A stretch of 64,000 nt of DNA, from the NCBI GenBank assembly GCA_040756765.1, contig JBFLYG010000032.1, positions 21,227 to 85,226 of the forward strand. The letters run 5' to 3'. The position numbers and the translations under genes are program-made. The notes beneath the pieces are model-generated. The model had not been told where the DNA came from and ran no database searches. It saw only the letters and a list, made by a program, of their open reading frames with translations. The stretch's first letter is position 1. Every line of letters begins with the position of its first letter. The stretch is from Pseudomonadota bacterium. Lineage in GTDB: Bacteria; Pseudomonadota; Alphaproteobacteria; Rhizobiales; Xanthobacteraceae. This document shows, piece after piece, positions 22,021-31,093 of this stretch.

Positions 22021-22713
22021 TCAGCGGCGCCTGGTTGCGCCGAACAGGGCGTCGAATTGCTCGGCGCCGCGACGGCTGAAGCTGACCACCCGCGAGTCCT
22101 TTTCGCGGCGCGCCCATTTCAGCTCGTAGAAGCGGTTGAGCAGCGCCGAGCCGAGCGCGCCGGCGAGATGGTTGCGCCGCACGCTCCAGTCGAGGCAGGC
22201 CTTGCACAGCGGCCGGCGGCTGCCGCTGATCGCCGCGATGTCGATGCCGAGGTCGTGCGCGAAGTGCTGGCCCTTCGGCGTCAGCGACAGTTCGGCGTCG
22301 TCGTAGCTGATCAGGCCACGCCGCGTGAGGTGATCGAACATCTGCACGCCGCGGTCACCGGCGAGATGGTCGTAACACACGCGCGCCTCGCGCAGCGCGG
22401 GGTCCTTCGGCCCGGTGCGGACACGGCGATGGCCGGCATGGGCGGCGAGCCCCATCAGGGCTTCGAGCGCCGCGGCGACCTCCTCTCCGCTGATGCGGAA
22501 ATAGCGGTGGCGGCCCTGCTTCTCGGGTGACAGCAGGCCGCCGGCCATGAGCTTGGCGAGGTGCGAGCTTGCGGTCTGCGGCGTGACGCCGGCTTCGCCG
22601 GCGAGTTCGCTCGCGGTCAGCGCGCGGCCGTCCATCAGGGCGGTGAGCATGTTGGCGCGGGCCGGATCGCCGATCAGGGAGCCGAGCAGCGCGATGTCGG
22701 GGCCTGTCTTCAT
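22021..22713 (-). CDS. ArsR-family transcriptional regulator with extended C-terminal domain
   Basis: Start MKTGPDIALLGSLIGDPARANMLTALMDGRALTASELAGEAGVTPQTASSHLAKL (ArsR HTH). The 5' part of track ORF 22021..23295 is not coding. Confidence 0.75.
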   Translation of the reverse strand: MKTGPDIALLGSLIGDPARANMLTALMDGRALTASELAGEAGVTPQTASSHLAKLMAGGLLSPEKQGRHRYFRISGEEVAAALEALMGLAAHAGHRRVRTGPKDPALREARVCYDHLAGDRGVQMFDHLTRRGLISYDDAELSLTPKGQHFAHDLGIDIAAISGSRRPLCKACLDWSVRRNHLAGALGSALLNRFYELKWARREKDSRVVSFSRRGAEQFDALFGATRRR

Positions 22714-22845
22714 GGCCCGGAGCGTAGTCGATGAACGGTGGCCGCGGCAATCGCACAGTCGGTGCAACACTTCGATATCGGTCGAACCATTCCGGATGCG
22801 CGCGCGGCTAGGGTCCGACTCTCTGTCGTTTGAGCGAGGGCTGTC

Positions 22846-23166
22846 ATGACCATCACCGTCTTCATCCGCTACCGCATCGATCCGTTCAAGGCCGCCGCCT
22901 TCGAGGCCTATGCCCGCCGCTGGCTCGCGATCATCCCGGCCTGCGGCGGCGATCTCGTCGGGTACTGGATGCCCCACGAGGGAACCAACGACGTCGCGTT
23001 CGGCCTGATCTCGTTCCCGTCGCTGGCGGACTATGAGGCCTATCGCGCCCGGCTGCGCGCCGACGCCGCCGGGCGGGAGAATTTTGCGGTCGCGACCGAG
23101 CAGCGCTTCATCCTCGGCGAGGAGCGCACCTTCCTGCGTCAGGTGGAGGAAACTCCAGCCGGGTGA
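22846..23166 (+). CDS. NIPSNAP-family protein
   Basis: 106 aa, [15 protein letters not shown]..., dimeric alpha/beta-barrel NIPSNAP signature. Divergent from arsR. Confidence 0.7.
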   Translation: MTITVFIRYRIDPFKAAAFEAYARRWLAIIPACGGDLVGYWMPHEGTNDVAFGLISFPSLADYEAYRARLRADAAGRENFAVATEQRFILGEERTFLRQVEETPAG

Positions 23167-23257
23167 CGAGCCGCCGGGGCAGGTCTGTACGCGACGTGCC
23201 TGAAATCGCTGTTCCATCCGTTGAAGCATCGGGGATGCCCGACGAGGAGAGCGACGG

Positions 23258-25567
23258 ATGGCGATGGCGGTCGGCCGAATGCTGGAGACGGCCATCGGCC
23301 ATTACAATGCTGGCCGGCTGGCCGAGGCCGAGGCGATCTGCGGCGACGTCCTGGCGGTCGCGCCTGATCATGTCGAGACGCTGCATCTGGCGGCGGTCAT
23401 GGCCTTCGTGTCCGGCCGCGCCGCGCAGGGCGCGGCGCTGCTGCAGCGCGTGTTCGATCTCGCGCCCGATCACGCGGGCGCGTTCGCTACGCTCGGTGAC
23501 GCGCTGGCGGTGAAGGGCGAGCCGCTTGGCGCCCTCGCCGCGTTTCAGCGCGGCGTCGCGCTGCGGCCACAGGATGTCGATCTCAGGCTCAAGCTCGCCT
23601 CCGCGCTGTGTGCGCTCCAGCGCTTTGTCGAAGCGGAAGCCGCCTGCCGCGAGGCGCTGCGGCGGATGCCGGCCTCGCCGCAGGCCGCGTTCAATCTGGC
23701 GCTCGCTTTGGCCGGTCAGGGGCGGCGGGAGGAGGCCGCTGACGCCTATCGCGCCGCGATCAGCCACGCTCCGGTGTTCGCCGAGGCCCTGCTCAATCTC
23801 GGCAACCTGCTCGTGGATCAGGGACAGCTCGCCGCGGCGATCGACGTCTACCGCCGCGCCGTCGCGGCGCGGCCGGATTTTGCCGATGCCTACCGCAACC
23901 TCGCATTGGCGCTGTGCTGGAATGGCGAGGCGGACGCCGCCCTGCAGGCAGGCCGCACGGCGGTGTCGCTGCGGCCCGGGGAGGTGGACGGCCACATCTT
24001 GATGGGGGAGGTGCTGCAGGCGCTCGATCGTTCCGACGCCGCGATCGACGCCTATCGCCACGCCCTGCTGCTCAGTCCCGACGATCCGCGCGCCCATTGC
24101 GGGCTTGGTGCGGCGCTGTATCGCCAGGGCGCGTTCGACAAGGCTCTCGCGTCCTACCGGCGCGCGACTGCCGCCGCGCCGGACAATGTCGAGGCGCTCA
24201 GGCTGACCGGCCTGATCCTGCACGAGAGTCAGCGGCTCGATGAGGCGCTGACGGCTTATCGGCAGACGTCTGTGCTCGCGCCGGACGATCCGGTGATTCT
24301 CAGCAATCTCGGCGCCTGCCTCTATGAGCTGGGACAGTTCGACGAAGCCATCGTCGTCCTGCAGCAGGCTTTGGCGCTCGCCCCCGATCATGCCCCGGCG
24401 CATACCAATCTCGGCATCATTCATGAAGCGATGGATCGTCCGGCGGAGGCGGTGGCGGCCCATCGCCGCGCCGTCGCCGCCGACCCGGCCTACGCCAAGG
24501 GGCACGCCAATCTCGCAGTAGCCTTGCGCAATCTCGGTGCGATCGACGAGGCGGTCGAGGTGTCGCAGCGTGCGGTGACGCTCGCGCCGAAGGAGCCGCT
24601 GACCCGCTACAACCACGCCCATCTGCTGCTGCTCAACGGCGATCTGCCGAACGGGCTGCGCGAATATGAATGGCGCGGCCGCAGCAAGGTGCTGTCCGAT
24701 GGTGAGCAGGCGTTCGATGCGCCGCAATGGCAGGGGGACGACCTCAACGGCCGGACGCTGCTGCTGCATGCCGAATACGGCCTCGGTGATACGCTGCATT
24801 TCGTTCGCTACGTGCCGCGGGCCGCGGCGATGGGCGGGGCCGTCGTGCTGCAGGTCCAGCCGGCGCTGGTGTCGCTGCTGCAGCGCTCGTTCGACGTGCC
24901 GGTGATCGCGCGCGGCGAGCCGCTGCCGCCGTTCGACCTTCAATTGCCGTTGATGGGGCTGCCGCGGGTGTTCGGCACGACGCTGGATACGATCCCCGCA
25001 CAGGTGCCCTATCTCGTGCCGGATCCTGCCAAGCGCGACGCCTGGCGTCGGGCGGTCGCGCCGGATGCGGCGTTCAAGGTCGGCGTGGTCTGGGCGGGCA
25101 ACCCCCGCCACAAGGGCGATCGGTGGCGCTCGCTGTCGGCTGAAGCCGTGTTGCCGTACCTGGCGATGGCCGGCGTGCAGCTCTACAGCCTGCAGAAGGA
25201 GCCGCGCCCGGCCGATGCCGCGGTGCTGGCGCAGCTCGACGGCACCGTCATCGACCTCGCTCCTGCGCTCGGCGATTTCGCCGACACCGCGGCGGCGATC
25301 GAAGCGCTCGACCTGGTGATCGCGGTGGACACGTCGGTCGCCCATCTCGCCGGCGCGCTCGGCCGGCCGGTCTGGCTGCTGCTGCCCTATGCGCTCGATT
25401 GGCGCTGGCTGCGCGATCGCGAGGACAGTCCGTGGTATCCGACGATGCGGCTGTTCCGTCAGCCCGCGCCCCAGGCGTGGCAGCCGGTGCTCGCGCGCGC
25501 GGCCGAGGCGCTGGCGCGGGTGGTTGCCGGAGAGCCGGGGCGATCGCGGCGGCAGGCCATCGCGTGA
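23258..25567 (+). CDS. tetratricopeptide-repeat protein with C-terminal glycosyltransferase family 9-like (heptosyltransferase-fold) domain
   Basis: 769 aa. About 11 TPR units (AxxAYRxAxxLxPD repeats) are followed by GDTLHFVRY...VGVVWAGNPRHK...AVDTSVAHLAGALGRPVWLLLP. Confidence 0.8.
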   Translation: MAMAVGRMLETAIGHYNAGRLAEAEAICGDVLAVAPDHVETLHLAAVMAFVSGRAAQGAALLQRVFDLAPDHAGAFATLGDALAVKGEPLGALAAFQRGVALRPQDVDLRLKLASALCALQRFVEAEAACREALRRMPASPQAAFNLALALAGQGRREEAADAYRAAISHAPVFAEALLNLGNLLVDQGQLAAAIDVYRRAVAARPDFADAYRNLALALCWNGEADAALQAGRTAVSLRPGEVDGHILMGEVLQALDRSDAAIDAYRHALLLSPDDPRAHCGLGAALYRQGAFDKALASYRRATAAAPDNVEALRLTGLILHESQRLDEALTAYRQTSVLAPDDPVILSNLGACLYELGQFDEAIVVLQQALALAPDHAPAHTNLGIIHEAMDRPAEAVAAHRRAVAADPAYAKGHANLAVALRNLGAIDEAVEVSQRAVTLAPKEPLTRYNHAHLLLLNGDLPNGLREYEWRGRSKVLSDGEQAFDAPQWQGDDLNGRTLLLHAEYGLGDTLHFVRYVPRAAAMGGAVVLQVQPALVSLLQRSFDVPVIARGEPLPPFDLQLPLMGLPRVFGTTLDTIPAQVPYLVPDPAKRDAWRRAVAPDAAFKVGVVWAGNPRHKGDRWRSLSAEAVLPYLAMAGVQLYSLQKEPRPADAAVLAQLDGTVIDLAPALGDFADTAAAIEALDLVIAVDTSVAHLAGALGRPVWLLLPYALDWRWLRDREDSPWYPTMRLFRQPAPQAWQPVLARAAEALARVVAGEPGRSRRQAIA

Positions 25568-25585
25568 CCTGATACGGCCGGCCGA

Positions 25586-26389
25586 TCAGTCGAGGCCTGC
25601 GCGCTTCTGCTTCTGCGTGGCGCCCTTCGGCACCACCGTGCCCGGGGCCGGTGTGCCGCGCGGCGTGTCCGCCGGCGCGGCGGCATTCGAATCGGTGAGG
25701 TCGGCGCTGGCCGGCATCACTTTCATCTCGCCGAGCTTGGCGCGGACCTCCGCGGTCAGCCCCGGATAGCTGGCGACCGGGGTGAAGTCGGCGGTGCCAC
25801 CGCCGCGTCCGCCGGCATAGGCGACGAGGCCGTCGGCCGTGGCGATGATATCGCCGGGCCGCAGGGTGCCGTCGAGCGAGATGTCGATCGGCGCGAGCCC
25901 GGTCGAATCACGGCCGTTGCAGGTACAGTCGGCCTTCAGCGCCTTGCGGTAGCCGTAGGCATTGTCGCTGTCGGCATAGCGCTCGCCGGTCGCGGCGATG
26001 GCGCCGTCGATGTTGCTGCCGAAATAGACCTTGGTGGCGCTGGCCGGGCAGAACGCCTGGCACAGCTGGGCCGGCGTCATGCTGCCGCGGGCCTGCACCG
26101 GAAAATAGCGTCCGTCGCAGCTGCGCACGCAGTAGCCGGTCGTGCGGCCGGCGTCGGCGCGCGGCGCGGGCGCAGCCGCGGGTGGCGGCGCGGGGTTGAG
26201 GCCGAAGGGATCGAAGGTGTTGGTCTGCGATCCGCGCTGGGGAGCGCCGCCGTTGAACAGGAAGTCCAGAAAGCCGGCAGAAGCGCGGTCGGTGATGGAC
26301 GCGCCGGCAGCGAGAGCGATGGCAGCGGTCAGCACCAGTCGGCGCACAACGTCAGATTTCTTGAGCACCGCCGACCCCACGCCAAGCAT
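25586..26389 (-). CDS. DUF2865-domain secreted protein
   Basis: Start MLGVGSAVLKK..., with a signal-like segment RRLVLTAAIALAAGAS. Conserved CVRSCDGRYFP motif and a Pro/Ala-rich linker. Confidence 0.65.
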   Translation of the reverse strand: MLGVGSAVLKKSDVVRRLVLTAAIALAAGASITDRASAGFLDFLFNGGAPQRGSQTNTFDPFGLNPAPPPAAAPAPRADAGRTTGYCVRSCDGRYFPVQARGSMTPAQLCQAFCPASATKVYFGSNIDGAIAATGERYADSDNAYGYRKALKADCTCNGRDSTGLAPIDISLDGTLRPGDIIATADGLVAYAGGRGGGTADFTPVASYPGLTAEVRAKLGEMKVMPASADLTDSNAAAPADTPRGTPAPGTVVPKGATQKQKRAGLD

Positions 26390-26395
26390 CACGCC

Positions 26396-26433
26396 AAGCC
26401 ATTCCCAAGCCATTCTCAAGTCATTCTCAAGCC
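26396..26433. repeat. 11-bp tandem direct repeat, ~3.5 copies of CAAG(C/T)CATTC(N), in the leader of the DUF2865 gene
   Basis: caagccattcC caagccattcT caagtcattcT caagcc. The period is not a multiple of 3, so a non-coding, regulatory role is favoured. Confidence 0.6.
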
Positions 26434-26556
26434 GCCGAGCCCGTTCGCTCCGGCGCGGGCACATTATCGAAAGATGGTAAACGAGCGGTGAGCGAGGGCC
26501 GCCGCGCGTCGATGTCACCAGCGGTAATGCGGTATTCGACATCGAGTCGCGGCAAG

Positions 26557-27957
26557 CTAGATGCCGAACAGTGACAGCACGATGAACACCGGAAGCAGGA
26601 TCGCGAACGACCACGCCATGTAGCCGAAGAAGCCCGGCATGTTGACGCCGCGCTCGCTGGCGATGGCGTAGACCATGAAGTTCGGCGCATTGCCGATATA
26701 GGTGAGCGCGCCCATGTACACCGCGCCCATGGAGATCGCCGCCAGCGTCGGCGCCAGCGTCGTCATCAGGTCGCTTGCATCGCCGCCGGCGAGGCCGAAG
26801 AACACCAGATACGTCGGCGCGTTGTCGAGAAAGCCCGACAGCATGCCGGTGAGCCAGAAATACATCACGTTGTGCGGGTCGCCGTTATGGGTGGTCACCG
26901 CGGAGAGCAGCGGCGCGAACGGTCCGTCGGCGCCGGCCTGCAGCATCGCCATCACCGGGATGATGCAGATGAAGATCGTGGCGAACAGGACCGCCACCTC
27001 GCGGATCGGCTCGAAGCTGAAGCCGTTGGCCTCGCGGTGCTCGTCGGGCGTCAGCCACAGCGACAGCAGGGCGATGACGACGAGCGCGGCATCGCGCAGC
27101 AAGTTTTGCAGCTCGACCGGGGTGCCGTAGATGTCGAAGGTGATGCCGGCCCGCCAGAACGCCGAACCGAGGATGGCGGCGATGATCAATGCGATCAGCA
27201 CAAGGTTGATCAGGCCATGAACTTGAATGGCGAGCGGCGGGGACTTGCCCGCCGGCTCGCGCCGTGCCTGCACGACATCGATCGCGATGAAGACGGCGAG
27301 CAGCGCCACGGTGACGAGCAGGGTCTGCAGCCAAAGATGCTGGGTGGTCCAGAAGAACGAGATGCCGCGCAGGAAGCCGAGGAACAGCGGCGGGTCGCCG
27401 AGCGGCGACAGTGCGCCGCCGATGTTGCAGACCAGGAAAATGAAGAACACCACCACGTGAGCGTTCGACTGGCGATGCTCATTGGCGCGCAGCAGCGGCC
27501 GGATCAGGATCATCGCCGCGCCGGTGGTGCCGACCACGCTCGCGATCGCCGTGCCGAAGGCGAGGATGACGGTGTTGACGAGCGGCGTGCCGCGCAGGTT
27601 GCCGGTGACGAGAATGCCGCCGGCCACCACATAGAGCGCGAAGATCAGGACGATGAAGCTGAGGTACTCGCCGAGCGCGGCATGGACGAAGGCGGCGCCC
27701 GCGGCCGGGGCTCCGTACAGCCAGGCCATCGGGGCGAGGGTGGCGACCGCCCAGGCGAGCGCCAGCTTGTCGTAGTGGCGGTGCCAGAGATGGGCGAACA
27801 GCAGCGGGCCGGTGGCGATGGTGAGCAGGATGCCGACGAACGGCAGCGCCCAGGCCCAGCTCAGATGCGCACCGTCGAGCGTGGCCTCAGAGGCGGCCAG
27901 CGCGCCGGACGACGTCAGCAGGGAGAGAACTGCGGCGGCGAGCAGCCGTAACACCAT
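26557..27957 (-). CDS. ion transporter of the ArsB/NhaD (CitMHS) superfamily, sodium:proton antiporter-like
   Basis: 466 aa, ~12 TM segments, N-terminal signal-like segment. Confidence 0.7.
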   Translation of the reverse strand: MVLRLLAAAVLSLLTSSGALAASEATLDGAHLSWAWALPFVGILLTIATGPLLFAHLWHRHYDKLALAWAVATLAPMAWLYGAPAAGAAFVHAALGEYLSFIVLIFALYVVAGGILVTGNLRGTPLVNTVILAFGTAIASVVGTTGAAMILIRPLLRANEHRQSNAHVVVFFIFLVCNIGGALSPLGDPPLFLGFLRGISFFWTTQHLWLQTLLVTVALLAVFIAIDVVQARREPAGKSPPLAIQVHGLINLVLIALIIAAILGSAFWRAGITFDIYGTPVELQNLLRDAALVVIALLSLWLTPDEHREANGFSFEPIREVAVLFATIFICIIPVMAMLQAGADGPFAPLLSAVTTHNGDPHNVMYFWLTGMLSGFLDNAPTYLVFFGLAGGDASDLMTTLAPTLAAISMGAVYMGALTYIGNAPNFMVYAIASERGVNMPGFFGYMAWSFAILLPVFIVLSLFGI

Positions 27958-28065
27958 GACCAGGCCCCGTTGAAACAGGAGGCTGGCCTAGCAAACAACG
28001 CGATCGATCGCAAAGGCGGGGAGTGGGCGACAGCGTGGCGGTGGCGTGGCGCCCCGCCGCGGCCG

Positions 28066-28629
28066 TCACGGCTTGAGGAACTCGCTGGCCTTGTAGAGCG
28101 AGCGGAACGGAATGCCGGCGTCGCGGAAGGCTTCGGTGGCGCCTTCCTCGCGGTCCACCATGGTGAGCACCAGGGCGACCTCGCCGCCGGCGTCGCGCAC
28201 GGCGTGCGCCGCCTTGATCGCGGAGCCGCCGGTGGTGGTGACGTCCTCGACGATCACCACGCGCTTGCCCACCAGCGTCTCGCCCCTGGCGAGGCCTTCC
28301 ACCGAGAGCCGCGCGCCATGCTCCTTCGGCTTCTTGCGCACGAAGAAGGCGGCGATCGGGTGGCCCTTGATCCATGACAGCTGGGCGATGGCGCCGGCGA
28401 GCGGCACCGCGCCCATCTCGAGGCCGCCGACATAGTCGAGGTTGTCGTCCTTGAGCGTCTCGTAGGTCAGCTCCGCGAGCAGCGAGGCGCCCTCGGGGTG
28501 CAGCATGGTCGGTTTCAGGTTGAAATAGAAATCGCTCTTGCGGCCCGACGCCAGGGTGATCTCACCGCGCCCGAAGGAGCGCTTGGCGATGATGTCGGCG
28601 AGGCGGGCACGGGCAGCGGATTTGGACAC
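28066..28629 (-). CDS. pyrE: orotate phosphoribosyltransferase
   Basis: 187 aa with the PRPP-binding motif [13 protein letters not shown]. Confidence 0.92.
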   Translation of the reverse strand: MSKSAARARLADIIAKRSFGRGEITLASGRKSDFYFNLKPTMLHPEGASLLAELTYETLKDDNLDYVGGLEMGAVPLAGAIAQLSWIKGHPIAAFFVRKKPKEHGARLSVEGLARGETLVGKRVVIVEDVTTTGGSAIKAAHAVRDAGGEVALVLTMVDREEGATEAFRDAGIPFRSLYKASEFLKP

Positions 28630-28726
28630 GGACGGATCTCGGGCTCGGGAATTTGCCGAGTTTTAGCGGGGCCGGGCCGGCAATGCCAGAGCCCTGTCCG
28701 TCCCTCAACAGGCCCTCGCCGGTCCG

Positions 28727-29257
28727 TCAGGGCTGGCCGATCCCGGTCCAGCCGATCAGGGCGCCCGCCGCCAGCAGCCACAGCGGGTGGATGCGGCTGC
28801 CGAGGGTCGCCGCGGCGCAGGCTGCGGTGATGGCGACCAGGATCCATTCATGGTCCGAGGCCTGCGCGATCAGCATGGCGCTGGCGGCCACGAGGCCCAC
28901 GGTCATGGGCACCAGGGCGGTCTGGATGATGCGCCGCCAGGGGTGATCCTTGAAGCGCTGCCACAGCCGCATGACCACCCCCGTGAGCACGGAACTCGGC
29001 CCGAACTTGGCCACGGAGGTCACCAGCAGGCCCTGCCAGCCGGCGACATGCCAGCCGACCAGCGGCACGATCATCATGTTGGGGCCCGGCGCCGCCTGGG
29101 CCAGCGCGAACATCGCGGTGAAGTCGCGGGCCGTCATCCAGTGGTGGACGTCCACCACCTGGCGCTGCATCTCCGGCAGGATGGTGTTGCCGCCGCCGAA
29201 CGCCAGCAGCGACAGCTGGGCGAAGATCAGGGCGAGGGCGATCAGCACCGAGGTCAT
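28727..29257 (-). CDS. chrA: chromate transporter ChrA, short-chain, C-terminal-type half
   Basis: Start MTSVLIAL... Chromate ion transporter family. Its start overlaps the stop of the upstream half (ATGA). Confidence 0.8.
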   Translation of the reverse strand: MTSVLIALALIFAQLSLLAFGGGNTILPEMQRQVVDVHHWMTARDFTAMFALAQAAPGPNMMIVPLVGWHVAGWQGLLVTSVAKFGPSSVLTGVVMRLWQRFKDHPWRRIIQTALVPMTVGLVAASAMLIAQASDHEWILVAITAACAAATLGSRIHPLWLLAAGALIGWTGIGQP

Positions 29258-29823
29258 CGCTCCAGCCTCCAGGTCGCGAGGATGCTCAGCGCTGCCAGCC
29301 CGAGCATGGTCGGCAGCAGCGGCCAGCGCAGCCAGCCGATGGCGACGAAGCACAACAGTGCGATCACGATGGCCACCGGCCGGCGGCGGATCGGCCAGGC
29401 GATCTTCGCCGCCATCGCGACCAGCAGGCCGGCCGCCGCGGCGGCGAGGCCGGCGAACAGGTGCTGGACATGCGGATCGTTCTGGAACCGGTCGTAGACG
29501 AAACCGAGCAGCACGACGATCGCCGTCGGGGCGGCGATCAGCCCCGTGAGCGAGGCGACAGCGCCGGCAAGGCCGCGAAAGTGCAGGCCGATGGCGACCG
29601 ACAGGTTGATGATGTTGCCGCCGGGCAGGAACTGGCAGAGGCCGAGCAGCTCGGTGAATTCGGCGCCGGTGAGCCAGCGGCGGTCCTCGACGATCATCCG
29701 CCGCGCCAGCGGCAGCACACCGCCGAAGCCGGTCAGCCCGAGAACGAGGAAGCCGGCGAAGAGATCGCCGACGGTCGGCGGCTCACGGGTGTCGGACATC
29801 GGAACTTCGGCGGCTGCGTCCAT
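29254..29823 (-). CDS. chrA: chromate transporter ChrA, short-chain, N-terminal-type half
   Basis: 189 aa, GLTGFGGVLPLARRMIVEDRRWLT, CHR family. Paired with the downstream half. Confidence 0.8.
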   Translation of the reverse strand: MDAAAEVPMSDTREPPTVGDLFAGFLVLGLTGFGGVLPLARRMIVEDRRWLTGAEFTELLGLCQFLPGGNIINLSVAIGLHFRGLAGAVASLTGLIAAPTAIVVLLGFVYDRFQNDPHVQHLFAGLAAAAAGLLVAMAAKIAWPIRRRPVAIVIALLCFVAIGWLRWPLLPTMLGLAALSILATWRLER

Positions 29824-29936
29824 GGGGTGCTCCGCGCCCGGCGGCGGCCGGACGGCTCAAGAACCGGCGTAAAGCACAGTACGGAGCGTGTCCAATATAT
29901 GGATTAGCTATTTGCCATATCGCATAGATATGCCTA

Positions 29937-30569
29937 TCAGGCCCGGCGCGTCTCCAGCGCCATCCGCACCGCGAGGGCGGCGAGCACCGTGCCCATCAGC
30001 CAGCGCTGCAGCTTCAGCCAGGTCGGCCGGGTGCTGAAGAACAGCGCGATCGAGCCGGCGGCGAGCGAGATCAGCGCGTTGACGCTGACGCTGACCGTGA
30101 TCTGGATCATGCCCAGCACCACCGATTGGGTCAGCACGCCGTGTGCCGGATCGATGAACTGCGGCAGCAGCGCGAGATACAGCATCGCGATCTTCGGATT
30201 GAGCAGGCTGGTGAGGAAGCCCATGGCGAACAGCCGCCGCGGGCTGTCGATGCTCAGCGTCTTCACTTGCAGCGGCGAGCGGCCGTTCGGCTTGAGCGCC
30301 TGCCAGGCCATCCACAGCAGATAGGCGACGCCGGCGAAGCGCAGCGCGTCATAGGCATAGGGCACCGCCATCATGAACGCGGTGATGCCGAACGCGGCGG
30401 ACAGCATGTAGACCACGAAGCCGAGCGCCACGCCGCCGAGCGAGATGATGCCTGCCATCGGTCCTTGCGTGATCGAGCGCGACAGCAGGTAGATCATGTT
30501 CGGGCCCGGCGTCAGCACCATGGCGAACGCGACCAGCGTGAAGGCGAGCAGCGACGTGGAGGACGGCAT
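29937..30569 (-). CDS. LysE/RhtB-family amino-acid exporter
   Basis: Start MPSSTSLLAF... (M148 of ORF 29937..31010), 210 aa, six TM segments, LTPGPN motif. Confidence 0.8.
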   Translation of the reverse strand: MPSSTSLLAFTLVAFAMVLTPGPNMIYLLSRSITQGPMAGIISLGGVALGFVVYMLSAAFGITAFMMAVPYAYDALRFAGVAYLLWMAWQALKPNGRSPLQVKTLSIDSPRRLFAMGFLTSLLNPKIAMLYLALLPQFIDPAHGVLTQSVVLGMIQITVSVSVNALISLAAGSIALFFSTRPTWLKLQRWLMGTVLAALAVRMALETRRA

Positions 30570-31019
30570 GGCGATGGTCCGGCATGAAGGTGATGTGTGA
30601 AGAGATATCCGATCGCGCGTCGTCGCAGTAGGTGCGCGTGCGAAGGGCTGGCCTGCGTGATGCGCTGGAAATGCCGATGATTTCGGTGCAATTGCACCGA
30701 GTGCGGCCGTGCGTGGGTGTGCTGCGGCCGACGCCGAACCGTGCGCGATGAAGGCTGTGCGCGCAGCACGTTGCGGCTTGCGCGCCGTCGCTCGTCGCAA
30801 AAATCTTGCTAAGCCGCGCGCACAATCTTGATGCAGCCATATTCGCCGTCTAGTTGCACGCTCCCTTCGTGAGGCCTCGGGTCCGGGTTCGACAAGCCCG
30901 GCTGGCGCGATCTGCTCTGCAGTCTCGTGTTCCGCCGTGCGAAGGATGGAGTGCAAGCTCATGGCGAGCAGCGGGCGTGTCGCCCGAAGGCGCGGTTCGA
31001 TTCCGGTCACTTCAAGCCA

Positions 31020-31093
31020 CCAAGGATAGCTCAGTAGGTTAGAGCAGATGAATCATACTCATCCTGTCGCGGGTTCGATTCCCGCTCCAAAGC
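31020..31093 (+). tRNA. tRNA-Met/Ile2 (anticodon CAU)-like gene; acceptor stem pairs poorly, so possibly a pseudogene
   Basis: Cloverleaf read by hand: D-arm GCTC-AGTAGGTTA-GAGC; anticodon arm GATGA-ATCATAC-TCATC (U33, CAU, A37); T-arm GCGGG-TTCGATT-CCCGC. The 5' strand CCAAGGA against the 3' strand TCCAAAG gives only 4 of 7 pairs. No encoded CCA. Confidence 0.5.
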
